Shown here in pieces: positions 27,923 through 36,950 of a DNA stretch of 64,000 bases. Positions within the stretch are counted from its first letter, which is position 1. Each line of letters starts with the position of its first letter. Source of the stretch: Bacteriovoracia bacterium (GTDB taxonomy: Bacteria; Bdellovibrionota; UBA1018; CAIPTA01). The stretch spans positions 32,001-96,000 of the forward strand of contig JBFWVL010000005.1 of the NCBI GenBank assembly GCA_050246755.1, written 5' to 3'. A model generated the notes under the pieces. That model was not told the origin of the DNA, searched no databases, and worked only from the letters and a program-made list of their open reading frames with translations. The position numbers were made by a program, and so were the translations under genes.

Positions 27923-27958
27923 AAAAGACCTGACTCTCGCGAGCCAGGTCTTTTTTTT
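27923..27958. terminator. Intrinsic terminator between convergent genes
   Basis: AAAAGACCTGACTC-TCGC-GAGCCAGGTC followed by a T-tract. Confidence 0.85.
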
Positions 27959-27967
27959 ATTCCGTTT

Positions 27968-28456
27968 CTAGCAACCGCGGCGAGAGGTAACGCGGTCCGA
28001 GCTGTCGCAACGGGTGATCCCGCAACTGCTGTCCCGAGAGTAGCAGCGGTCCAGCGCTTGGTTTCGTGCGTCCGATTCGGAATAGTCGGAGTAGGCCTCG
28101 AAGCTTTCTCGCCGTCCATCGCGGTCTACGCCTTCCGAGCGGCAAACGTAGGACTTCGAGTAGCAGGTTTCGGTACAAGCTCCGTGCAGCGCTTTACATT
28201 CGCCGCAAGAATTATGGGCGGCGTGCTCTTCCCAGCCGTTATCGGTGGACTGGCAAAAAAGCTGGGGTTGTTGGTATCCACCGCCGTACCCTCCGCCGTT
28301 GTTCCCTCTTCCGCCACCCCAACGCCCTCCGCGATTACCATACTGTCCGCCCCGGCCTTGGTGATTGAAACCACGCTCGGCGGCTTGCGCTGGCGCCGCG
28401 CTCACGGCGGAAAGGGTGAGTGCCAAGAGACCAAGAACTGCTGCTAGACGTTTCAT
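27968..28456 (-). CDS. Secreted protein with Gly/Arg/Tyr-rich linker and Cys-rich C-domain
   Basis: SD GGAG, signal peptide AQA, RGG/GGY segment, many Cys; start re-called at MKRLAA. Confidence 0.75.
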   Translation of the reverse strand: MKRLAAVLGLLALTLSAVSAAPAQAAERGFNHQGRGGQYGNRGGRWGGGRGNNGGGYGGGYQQPQLFCQSTDNGWEEHAAHNSCGECKALHGACTETCYSKSYVCRSEGVDRDGRRESFEAYSDYSESDARNQALDRCYSRDSSCGITRCDSSDRVTSRRGC

Positions 28457-28502
28457 AATTTCTCCATTGGTTTGATAGGGCCAAAAACTCTGCTCGGCCC
28501 AA

Positions 28503-28518
28503 CGCAAGCGGTATGCCA
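28503..28518 (-). promoter_or_regulatory. Sigma54 promoter
   Basis: TGGCATACCGCTTGCG (GG-N10-GC). Confidence 0.65.
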
Positions 28519-28597
28519 GCGCGGAAAAGCGAATTAGCGGGAGCGCGGGGGAATTTTCGTGGTGCGATCTAAGGCCCGGGGCCGTTCTGCTACCAGT

Positions 28598-29170
28598 TCA
28601 CGGAGCAATTTCTACGCTGCCCGGGGAGCCCGAAGGTTGGAGACGGAAATCCACGGTGATTTCTTTTTGGGAAGGAACCGGCGCTCCATTCCGGTTTGCG
28701 GGGGCGTAAAGAGCATCAGCCAAGCCTGCCAGGGCGGCCTGGTCTAAGCGGAAAAATCCGGAAGAACGGAGCACTTTGGCGTTGGAGGCCTGACCGGTTT
28801 CGGAAACTTCCAGGGTGACACTCACCTTGCCGGCTTCGCCCAGGCGGGCCGAAAGAGCGGGATAAGCGATAGTGATGGCGTGGGCGAGATGGGCTTCGGA
28901 AGTACCGTTGGCGGTTTGCGGCTGGCCGTTGGCGGGGAGGGAACCGAGAGCGGAACCAGTGGGCGGTTCGCTGTTGGCGTTTAGCGGTGAAGGGCTTGGG
29001 GCAGAGGTATTCGCGGGCATCGTTTCCGCGTTAGGATTCCCGCCCACGAAGATTTCTCCTTTGCTGAGCTGCAAGCCGGTGTCCTCTTCCGGAGCGGGTC
29101 TCAGCAAAAAATAAATCGGTGCCAAGAGGAGCAAATGCGCCAGGAGCGAAAGCGTTAGGAACCGCATCAC
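28598..29170 (-). CDS. tonB: Energy transducer TonB
   Basis: N-terminal TM with His, Pro-rich linker, YP--SAR-GE-G-V, SSGF-RLD-AA. Confidence 0.85.
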   Translation of the reverse strand: MMRFLTLSLLAHLLLLAPIYFLLRPAPEEDTGLQLSKGEIFVGGNPNAETMPANTSAPSPSPLNANSEPPTGSALGSLPANGQPQTANGTSEAHLAHAITIAYPALSARLGEAGKVSVTLEVSETGQASNAKVLRSSGFFRLDQAALAGLADALYAPANRNGAPVPSQKEITVDFRLQPSGSPGSVEIAP

Positions 29171-30915
29171 CAGGCCGCCTCGATCCCCGCGTAGCCCGAC
29201 AGCTCGGGAACCCCGTAGCCGCTGGTTTCCTGGTAGTGGCGGTTCGCCAGGTTTTCTCCCCGCAAGAATAACTTATATTCCTGGCTCAGGCGCTGGAACG
29301 CATTGGCGGAGACCACCGCGAAGGGCGGCATTTTTTGACGGTTGAAAAGCGTGGGGTGCACGTCGTCGCGGCGGCCCACGTAGCGTAGCTGCAGCGAGGC
29401 GCCCCTAAGCTCGCCTTCGTGGAACTCGGTCGAGATCGTGTTCGAAAAAACCGGGCGGCGATAGAGTTTCAGGCCCGTATCCCTATCTTCCGAGTGCAGC
29501 GTGGTGAGCGCATTGCGGAAAGTGACGGACCGGAATTTTCTCGCGAGGCTCCACTCGAGCCCGTAAGTTTTCGCCGCGCGCAGATTGAAATAGCGCGAGC
29601 GCACGGAATCGAAATCGATCATGTCGCGAAACCGATTAAAGTAGCCGGTGAGTTCCGAGTCCCATTCCTCGCTGGAAAGCTCCAGCCCCAGGTCTCCGCC
29701 GAGGCTCTTTTCAGCCCTCAAGCCCGGCGTGCCGTAGCGCGAATAGGTTTGGTAGAGAGAGGGGGCTTTAAATCCGGTACCAAGGCTGCCCTTCACGCGG
29801 AAAAAATCCGGCACGAGCCAATAGCCGAGGCCGCCGCGAAAATTCGGCTCAGCCTTATGCTGGGAACGGAGATCCAAGCGGGCGCCGGCCGTGCCGTGGA
29901 GGCGCCGGCCGAATTGCTCCTGCAGAAAAATGGCGCCGCCCTGGAAGCTGCGGCGATGGACGAGCTCATTGGATTGCCCAGACTCTTGGCAAGCTTCGAG
30001 CCCCACGGTGGTTTGGTGGCCAGACTGAGTGAGTCGCACCAGCTGCTCGAGCTTCGTAAGGTAGGCCTTATAGAAGGCGGGGGAAATGGTATTGTCGTCG
30101 CGTTCGTGCGTTACCACCGAGGCACCGGTAGAAAACTCCACGCCTTCGCGATGCAGATAAACGGAATCAGCGCGAAACAATAATTGCTGGTGGTTCGTAT
30201 ACGTATTGAACGTGTCGGCGGCCGGCCCGCCATTGGCGTCGGTATCGGTGCGGGAATCTTCGTAGTCGGCCTGCACCGCGAGGGAGAGGCTATCGCTCAG
30301 GGAAAAATCTTTCTTCCCTCCCAGACGCCAGGCGACAATCCCGTCGCGCTCGGAATTTCCTTCGCGCTCATCGGCCGCCGAGAAGCCCTTGGATTTTTCG
30401 TACGCTCCGTGAAAGCCTAGGTAGGAAGCCTGCGCTTTTCCGCTTTGGTAGGAGCCCGCTTCGATTCTCGCCTTCGGGGGATGCGCGCCCTTCTTGGTGA
30501 AAATCTGGACCACCCCGCCGAGGGCGTCGCTGCCGTAGAGCACGCTTTGCGGGCCCTTGATGATCTCCACGCGCTCGATCTCGCTCAAGGGAATTTGCCC
30601 GAAGTCGAAGGTGCGGGAAGGCGACAAGGGATCGTTCATCACCATGCCGTCCACGATCACGAGCGTGTGTTCCGCCTTGGCTCCGCGCAGGAGCACGCTG
30701 CGGGTTTGACCCGGACCGCCGGCGCTCGTGAAGGCCAAGCCGGGAATTATCGATAGGGAATTTTCTACGCTTTCCCCGCTCCCTTGCCAGGAATCACTGC
30801 TCACTACGCCGAGCGAGTAGGGAAGGGATCTGGTGGAGGCTTCGGAGCGGGTGGCGGTTACCACCACGGTTTCGGCTTGAGCGCAAAGGGAGAAAAATAG
30901 GATAAAGAGAATCAT
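29167..30915 (-). CDS. btuB: TonB-dependent cobalamin receptor
   Basis: TonB box ETVVVTATR, IERVEIIKGPQSVLYGSDALGGVV, ENL-N--Y, terminal W; upstream cobalamin riboswitch. Confidence 0.85.
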   Translation of the reverse strand: MILFILFFSLCAQAETVVVTATRSEASTRSLPYSLGVVSSDSWQGSGESVENSLSIIPGLAFTSAGGPGQTRSVLLRGAKAEHTLVIVDGMVMNDPLSPSRTFDFGQIPLSEIERVEIIKGPQSVLYGSDALGGVVQIFTKKGAHPPKARIEAGSYQSGKAQASYLGFHGAYEKSKGFSAADEREGNSERDGIVAWRLGGKKDFSLSDSLSLAVQADYEDSRTDTDANGGPAADTFNTYTNHQQLLFRADSVYLHREGVEFSTGASVVTHERDDNTISPAFYKAYLTKLEQLVRLTQSGHQTTVGLEACQESGQSNELVHRRSFQGGAIFLQEQFGRRLHGTAGARLDLRSQHKAEPNFRGGLGYWLVPDFFRVKGSLGTGFKAPSLYQTYSRYGTPGLRAEKSLGGDLGLELSSEEWDSELTGYFNRFRDMIDFDSVRSRYFNLRAAKTYGLEWSLARKFRSVTFRNALTTLHSEDRDTGLKLYRRPVFSNTISTEFHEGELRGASLQLRYVGRRDDVHPTLFNRQKMPPFAVVSANAFQRLSQEYKLFLRGENLANRHYQETSGYGVPELSGYAGIEAAW

Positions 30916-30936
30916 CGAAGCTCCTGCACGGGATAA

Positions 30937-31021
30937 AACTTGGAAAGCGATCGGGCTCGTGACAATTCACATACCGTTGCGGCACAGCTCCGGACTCTCA
31001 CCGGAATTCCCTTGCCAAGTA
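30937..31021 (-). ncRNA. Cobalamin riboswitch (compact form)
   Basis: AAGGGAAttCCGGTGAGAGTCCGGagCTGtgCCGCAACGGTA...GAGCCCGATCGCT closed by ACTTGG/CCAAGT, directly upstream of btuB. Confidence 0.88.
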
Positions 31022-31154
31022 TCCTTCCTTGCTAGCACCCGCCCTTCCAAAACTCAATCCGGCTCTCGCCGCTTTATCGTCGGTATCGCATTGCATTAAC
31101 GGCCTCATTCCTCTCTACGGTGCCCGGGATTCTGTGTTATAAAAAAATCACTCC

Positions 31155-33035
31155 ATGATCGACAACAAACAGCAGAGTAATTTTTGGTTCTACGTACTCG
31201 GCGCCCTCGGCGTGGTGTATGGCGATATCGGAACCAGTCCGCTCTATGCTCTACGTGAATGCTTCCACCATTCCCACGGGATCGAACTGAATCCCGCGAA
31301 CGTGATGGGAGTGCTCTCCCTGATCTTTTGGTCGCTCGTGATCGTGATCTCGATTAAGTATGTTTTATTTATAATGCGGGCCGACAACAAAGGCGAAGGC
31401 GGAATCCTGGCCTTGATCGCTCTCGTTTCCCCTCACCGCATGCGTCGTGCTTCCGACCGCGTGCGCTTCGTGATCCCCGTGGGAATTTTCGGGGCCGCCC
31501 TGCTTTTCGGCGATGGCATGATTACCCCTTCGATCACGGTACTCTCCGCGGTGGAAGGCTTGGAGGTGGCCACACCCTTCTTCACGCCCTACGTTTTGCC
31601 GATTACCGTCGCCGTGCTCATTTTTCTTTTTACCTTTCAGCGCCTCGGTAGCGCGCGCATCGGCGCGATCTTTGGCCCCATCATGGTGGCCTGGTTTCTA
31701 ATTCTTTCCGCGCTCGGGATCGCGGAGATCATCCAGGCTCCCGCCGTGCTCGCGGCGGTGAATCCTATGTACGCCATTCATTTTTTCATGGGCAATGGCA
31801 CTCCCGGTTTTCTCGTGCTCGGTTCGGTGGTGCTGGTGGTTACCGGGGGCGAAGCCCTCTACGCTGATATGGGCCACTTCGGCCGCCGTCCTATCAAGGC
31901 CGCCTGGTTCATGCTCGTGCTTCCTGGCTTGCTATTGAATTATTTCGGCCAAGGGGCGCTCCTGATCGGCGATCCTTCCGCTATCCAAAACCCCTTCTAC
32001 CTTTTGGCGCCGCCGTGGGCCCTCTATCCGCTGGTAGTGCTCTCCACCACCGCGTCGGTAATCGCTTCCCAGGCATTGATCTCCGGAATCTTTTCGCTCA
32101 CTCGCCAGGCGATCCAGCTCGGCTATATTCCCCGGCTCTCCATCGTGCATACGTCGCGCGCGGAGATTGGCCAGATCTACGTGCCGCTGATCAACTGGGT
32201 TTTGCTTGCGTCCACTATTTGGCTGGTGATCACTTTTCGCTCTTCCTCCGCCCTCGCCGCCGCCTATGGCTTGGCGGTAACGGCTACCATGGCTTGCACC
32301 ACCATCCTCGCGTACTTCGTGGCCCGCCGTACCTGGGGCTGGAGCCGCCTAGCGGCAGTTTCCTTGGTGTCCGCTTTTCTGTTCATCGATCTCGCCTTCC
32401 TCGCGGCCAATGTGGTGAAGATCCCCCAGGGCGGTTGGTTCCCCCTCGCGGTGGGCGCCTTCATGTATTTCCTGATGTCCACCTGGCAGCATGGCCGCGC
32501 GATCGTGGCCGGCCGTCTCAAGCGCAACGCCATCCCGGTGGCGCAATTCGTGCGCGACGTGGAACGGCAGAGCCCCTTTCGCGTGCCCGGCATCGCCGTG
32601 TTCATGACGAGCGATCCCGATTCCACGCCCGCCGCGCTACTGCATAATCTTAAGCATAATAAAGTGATGCACGAACAGGTAGCTTTGCTCACGATCACTA
32701 CCACTGATGAGCCTTACGTGCGTCACCGCGATCGCACCACTCTCGATATCGTGGCCCCGAATTTTTTCCGCATCGTGGCCAGCTATGGCTTCATGCAGAC
32801 GCCGAATATTTTCGAGATTTTGGAATCCGCCAAGAAACGCGGTTTCGAATACAATTTCGAGACGATCACGTTTTTCCTTGGCCGCGAAACGATCCTGCCT
32901 TCGCACCGCCCGGGCATGGCGATCTGGCGCGAGCGGATCTTTGCCTTCATGCTCAGAAATGCCCAGAGGGCCACGGCCTTCTTCCAGATTCCTCCCGATC
33001 AGGTGATCGAAGTAGGGATTCAGGTGGAGATTTAA
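31155..33035 (+). CDS. kup: Potassium transporter Kup
   Basis: GVVYGDIGTSPLYA, ADNKGEGG, GGEALYADMGHFG. Confidence 0.97.
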   Translation: MIDNKQQSNFWFYVLGALGVVYGDIGTSPLYALRECFHHSHGIELNPANVMGVLSLIFWSLVIVISIKYVLFIMRADNKGEGGILALIALVSPHRMRRASDRVRFVIPVGIFGAALLFGDGMITPSITVLSAVEGLEVATPFFTPYVLPITVAVLIFLFTFQRLGSARIGAIFGPIMVAWFLILSALGIAEIIQAPAVLAAVNPMYAIHFFMGNGTPGFLVLGSVVLVVTGGEALYADMGHFGRRPIKAAWFMLVLPGLLLNYFGQGALLIGDPSAIQNPFYLLAPPWALYPLVVLSTTASVIASQALISGIFSLTRQAIQLGYIPRLSIVHTSRAEIGQIYVPLINWVLLASTIWLVITFRSSSALAAAYGLAVTATMACTTILAYFVARRTWGWSRLAAVSLVSAFLFIDLAFLAANVVKIPQGGWFPLAVGAFMYFLMSTWQHGRAIVAGRLKRNAIPVAQFVRDVERQSPFRVPGIAVFMTSDPDSTPAALLHNLKHNKVMHEQVALLTITTTDEPYVRHRDRTTLDIVAPNFFRIVASYGFMQTPNIFEILESAKKRGFEYNFETITFFLGRETILPSHRPGMAIWRERIFAFMLRNAQRATAFFQIPPDQVIEVGIQVEI

Positions 33036-33724
33036 TTTTTCTTCTTGCCCTTAGGCGCAGTTTCGAACGAAACGCTGAGCTTCTTACCCTTCTTGAACAG
33101 CTTCAGGGCTTCCTGGGCCTGGTCGATCCGCTCCGGATTATCGTCCATGAACTTTTGGATATCGATCACGGTTTCCATCGTCTGCGAAGCCTGCTTGAAA
33201 TCGCGTTGCTCGGCGAGCACCGTGGCGTAGGTATCGAGCAGCGCCACGATATTGGGCTGGTGCTGGAATAAAAACTTCATGATGCTCTCCGCCCGGTCGG
33301 CGTCGCGAAGGAGCTTGTCTTCACAGGTAACGAGCATATAGGCGAGGTTATTGAAGGCGAGCGGGTAGCCGCCCTCGGCGCTCTTCTCGTACCAGTTCAT
33401 GGCCTTGCTGCAGCTCTTCTCGATGCCGGCCATGCCGGTGGCGTAGAAGCCGCCCACGAGGTCCATGGAGGGGGCATCGCCGAGCTCGGCGGCTTCGGAA
33501 AGTTTCTCGAATGCTTTGGCGGGATTCTTCACGCGAGGATCTTTGGAGTAGAGCATCTCCACGCCCTCGGCGTGCAGGGCCGCGATTTTTTTAGCCTGCT
33601 CTTCATCGGGGGATGGGAGAGGAGCGATGGGGGCAACCACGAGCGGGGTTTCCGCTTTGGGGCTTTTATGCGAGCAAGCCGTGAGCGCGAACAGCGCTAC
33701 GCAGATGAGCGCCCGCGTTTTCAC
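33032..33724 (-). CDS. Sel1/TPR-repeat lipoprotein
   Basis: Lipobox LTAC; AAELGDAPSM..GGFYATG, A--WYEKSAEGG, NNLAY, LDTYA. Confidence 0.8.
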   Translation of the reverse strand: MKTRALICVALFALTACSHKSPKAETPLVVAPIAPLPSPDEEQAKKIAALHAEGVEMLYSKDPRVKNPAKAFEKLSEAAELGDAPSMDLVGGFYATGMAGIEKSCSKAMNWYEKSAEGGYPLAFNNLAYMLVTCEDKLLRDADRAESIMKFLFQHQPNIVALLDTYATVLAEQRDFKQASQTMETVIDIQKFMDDNPERIDQAQEALKLFKKGKKLSVSFETAPKGKKKN

Positions 33725-34443
33725 TATTTCACCGCCGCGTAGATACGGTGCACGTCTTCTTGGTCGTCGATCGCTTGCAGGAACTCGCCCACTTCTTTCA
33801 TTTGCTCGCCGGAGAGCTCCACGAGATTTTTCGGCTTGTAACTGAATTCGGATTTGGTCACTTTCCAGCCGGCGCTGCTCAAAGCGTTGGACACGGCGTT
33901 CAGGTCGGTAAGCTCGGTATAAAAATAGGCGCCCACTTTGGCGTCGGAAAGATCTTCCTTGTCCATGGCTTCCACGTTCTGCGCGCCGGCCTCGATCGCG
34001 GCTTCTTCGATGTCTTTCATTTCCGCGTGTGTGGCTTCCACCACGCCGAGGTGATCGAACATCCAGGCCACCGAGCCGCTATTTCCCAGCTGGCCTTTGC
34101 GGAAAAGCACGCGTACGTCGGAATTGGTACGGTTCTTATTGTCGGTGAGGGCTTCCACGATCACCGGAACTTTGTGGGGAGCGAAGCCTTCGAAGGTGAT
34201 GGTTTCGTAGTTCACTTTTTCGTCGAGGAGGCCGGCGCCTTTTTTAATATTGCGCTCGATCACGTCCTTATTTACGGACTGTTTTTTCGCGGCTTCCACG
34301 GCGGCGCGCAGGCGGGGATTCGAGCCCGGATCGGGTCCCCCGAGTTTTGCGGCCACGCTGATCTCTTTCGCCAGTTTCGAAACGATCGCGCCCATCGCGG
34401 CTGATTTTGCTGCTTTACCCTGTACTTTCCATTGTGCGCCCAT
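33724..34443 (-). CDS. yebC: YebC/PmpR family protein
   Basis: GGPDP-SNPRLR, TDNKNRT, GSVAWMFD. Confidence 0.93.
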   Translation of the reverse strand: MGAQWKVQGKAAKSAAMGAIVSKLAKEISVAAKLGGPDPGSNPRLRAAVEAAKKQSVNKDVIERNIKKGAGLLDEKVNYETITFEGFAPHKVPVIVEALTDNKNRTNSDVRVLFRKGQLGNSGSVAWMFDHLGVVEATHAEMKDIEEAAIEAGAQNVEAMDKEDLSDAKVGAYFYTELTDLNAVSNALSSAGWKVTKSEFSYKPKNLVELSGEQMKEVGEFLQAIDDQEDVHRIYAAVK

Positions 34444-34596
34444 AGGGGATCTTTTCTACCAAGCCCCGGGAAGGCCAGCAAGGCGGTTTTGTGCCCAGAT
34501 AGCTACGCAGCGGAGAAGCGGAGCGTTAATTTGGTGCCGGAGCCTAGCCCGTAACGAAGCTCACGCCTCCAGGACTGCCTATACTGCTCGTCACCC

Positions 34597-34612
34597 GGGC
34601 ATAACTCCTGCA
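34597..34612 (+). promoter_or_regulatory. Sigma54 promoter
   Basis: GGGCATAACTCCTGCA (GG-N10-GC). Confidence 0.55.
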
Positions 34613-34648
34613 ATTCCCCTCTGGATTTCAACCACCCAAAGGAAGCTT

Positions 34649-35024
34649 ATGCCAAAAACTTTTTTCGCCGTTCTCGCCTTTTCCCTCCTCGCCGCCTCTT
34701 CGGCCCGTGCCGAAATAGTGGAGATCACCGGCCTAAACTCCGAAACTTCCTCGTTCAGCGTGGGCTCGAGCAAAAGCAGCGTATACGGAATGGATAATTA
34801 CGGACGCAAACGCATTCTCGTCCGCGAAGAAGACGGGAAAAATCTTTGTTCCAAAAGGCAGAGAGATTCGCCAAAGCGGCCCGGATGGCCCCATCGAACG
34901 CGCCCTCACGAAAAGCTGCCTAAAGCTGAATATCGAGAACGATAAGCTCGTGGATTTCAAGAACAGCTGTGAGCACTCGGAGCTTGAGCAAGACGAAGCT
35001 TACGGCGCGCAAGACGCCGGCTAA
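34649..35024 (+). pseudogene. Secreted hypothetical protein interrupted by a +1 frameshift at GGGAAAAA (~34835-34842)
   Basis: Signal peptide ARA; deleting one A gives ...DGKIFVPKGREIRQSGPDGPIERALTKSCLKLNIENDKLVDFKNSCEHSELEQDEAYGAQDAG* ending 6 bp from the convergent gene. Confidence 0.65.
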
Positions 35025-35030
35025 GCCTAT

Positions 35031-36950
35031 CTACTTCGTGCAGGCAGGGATCTTGTTGGGAAAAAACTCTATCAACGGGTAGAAATTCTCCTTCTCATAG
35101 ATCGGAATCGGCGCAAACTCACCGTCAGGAGTCACGAGGAGTTTCGAATCTAGCTGTCGCTGTTTCCAATTGGCTAGAGGCTTGAAATCAAGGTCGGTGC
35201 TAAAAACAAAATAGGGAATCACGAGCTCCGTGCCGGCGGGAGGGGCTCCTTTGATACAGCGGGGAACTACCACTATTCCCGGATAGGCTCCGTCGCGTAT
35301 CTTGATATTAGTCCATTCGGCGGTTTGCGCACGATCCTGCTTCCATTTTTCCACCGCGGCTTCCATTTTCGTAAATGCTTCTTCTCCTAGCTGCAGCTGG
35401 GGGCGTTCTTCGGCCGGAGCGGCCTTGGCATTTAGTATGTCGGTTATATTTTCGAACCAGTCTAAGGATGTACCGACGCCGATATTGTTGAATTCACCGC
35501 GATTCTCGTGCCAGCAAGGCGGAAATTCGAAAAGGTCGTTTCGGTAACGGCTTTGTACCAATTCAAGAAAAAGCCTTTGATTGATTTGCCCTTTGGCTAG
35601 GCCCACTAGCGCGCCATCCTCGCTATAGATGGGAGATCCAGAGTTTCCTGGGCCGATTTTGCAGTTTCTGAGCTCTAGGTGCCGCATTCCTCTTTCTTCT
35701 CTTCCCGGTATGGCGATAACGCCGTCGAAAAACTCGCAAGTTTGATCATCGATATAATCGTTATTATCAAAATTTCCGGCAAACATGCGCGCTTCGGAGT
35801 TGGTGGCGCTTTTATCGGCAGGCGAAAAAATTGCCAGATCGTCGATTGGCTGGTTTAGCTTAATTAGGGTAAAGCCGGAACCTTGGCTGCTCGCCACGCA
35901 ATGCCGGCGCTGCGGTTTGCCCGAAGAGTCGCGAAAACTAAATTTTTTTACCCAGCAGAAATTGGAAGGAAGAGCCAGTGAGCCCGGGATGAACACGATA
36001 TCCCTCTCGATCGCCACGGCGGCATTCGAATCGGTATCGAATCCAACGCCGGCCTCGCAGTCCTCTGTCTTTTTGCAGAAAACATTATTTCCCGAACTGA
36101 TCAGAAACTTCCGGTCTATTTCTTCCAGCATAGGATCGCTTGGAGCAGAAATCTCGCTGAAATTTAGCTTGGCCGCGTTGATCTCGGAAGCATTCACCTT
36201 GAGAATTTTTCCGCCGCTTTGCCGTATGCCTAAAATTTTCTTATTTTTCGCGTCGAGCAGGAGATTATCTCTCTTGTCGGCCAAAACGGTAAAGGCTCTC
36301 TCACGGGGAGTGGGAGCGGAAATTTTGCAGCTATCTTCATTTTGGCGGCACGCAATAGAATCTAGGGCATCGATGCCAATTTCAGCGGGAGCATTTACCG
36401 AAGTGATCGTGACTTTCTGTGGCCCTTTGAGGCGTAGAGCGTTTGTTCTTATCGGAGGAACGGTGCGGTTCGGCATTGGCTTGGTCAGCTCAAAGATGGC
36501 GTAGTCGTCTTTTTCATGGCTAACGGTGAGCACTTTCTTGCAAGAGGCCAGATCGAAGGGAAGAGGAGGCTTCGCCGGAAAAGCAAAATGAATCAGGCCT
36601 AAACAGCCATCGCCGGGCTTTAAGCCGGGAGGGAGGCAATGCCTATTCATAATCACCTGGTTGGATTGCTCAAATAGGGAAGCCGTGCAGTTTGCCTCGT
36701 TGAAATTGACCGTGCTTGCATTAAAAACCCTAATAAGCGCCCTTGCCACCGCCGGGTTGCAAGTTGCAAGATCTCCGCACTGCAGAGTTTGGGACAGTTT
36801 CTTCTCGGCCAATTGCTTTTGATAGTATTCTTCGAGTTTTTCGGGAGTCCAGCCTAACGTTGGGTATCCGTACGGCAGCGCTTCGGCCGAGGCCCAGAGG
36901 GGAACGAAAGAAAAAAGCAGTAGCTGGAATAAAGCGAACTGTTTAAGCAT
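35031..36950 (-). CDS. Secreted trypsin-like (S1) serine protease with a large internal insertion
   Basis: Signal peptide; CTASL...NRHC (His), DDYAIF (Asp), GNSGSP (Ser). Confidence 0.8.
   Translation of the reverse strand: MLKQFALFQLLLFSFVPLWASAEALPYGYPTLGWTPEKLEEYYQKQLAEKKLSQTLQCGDLATCNPAVARALIRVFNASTVNFNEANCTASLFEQSNQVIMNRHCLPPGLKPGDGCLGLIHFAFPAKPPLPFDLASCKKVLTVSHEKDDYAIFELTKPMPNRTVPPIRTNALRLKGPQKVTITSVNAPAEIGIDALDSIACRQNEDSCKISAPTPRERAFTVLADKRDNLLLDAKNKKILGIRQSGGKILKVNASEINAAKLNFSEISAPSDPMLEEIDRKFLISSGNNVFCKKTEDCEAGVGFDTDSNAAVAIERDIVFIPGSLALPSNFCWVKKFSFRDSSGKPQRRHCVASSQGSGFTLIKLNQPIDDLAIFSPADKSATNSEARMFAGNFDNNDYIDDQTCEFFDGVIAIPGREERGMRHLELRNCKIGPGNSGSPIYSEDGALVGLAKGQINQRLFLELVQSRYRNDLFEFPPCWHENRGEFNNIGVGTSLDWFENITDILNAKAAPAEERPQLQLGEEAFTKMEAAVEKWKQDRAQTAEWTNIKIRDGAYPGIVVVPRCIKGAPPAGTELVIPYFVFSTDLDFKPLANWKQRQLDSKLLVTPDGEFAPIPIYEKENFYPLIEFFPNKIPACTK

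Noticed and set aside
28170-28215. c-type heme motif in the Cys-rich secreted protein
   Set aside because: Sequence is CGECKALH, not CxxCH
31080-31097. Sigma54-like box upstream of kup
   Set aside because: GG-to-GC spacing is 9 nt, not the required 10
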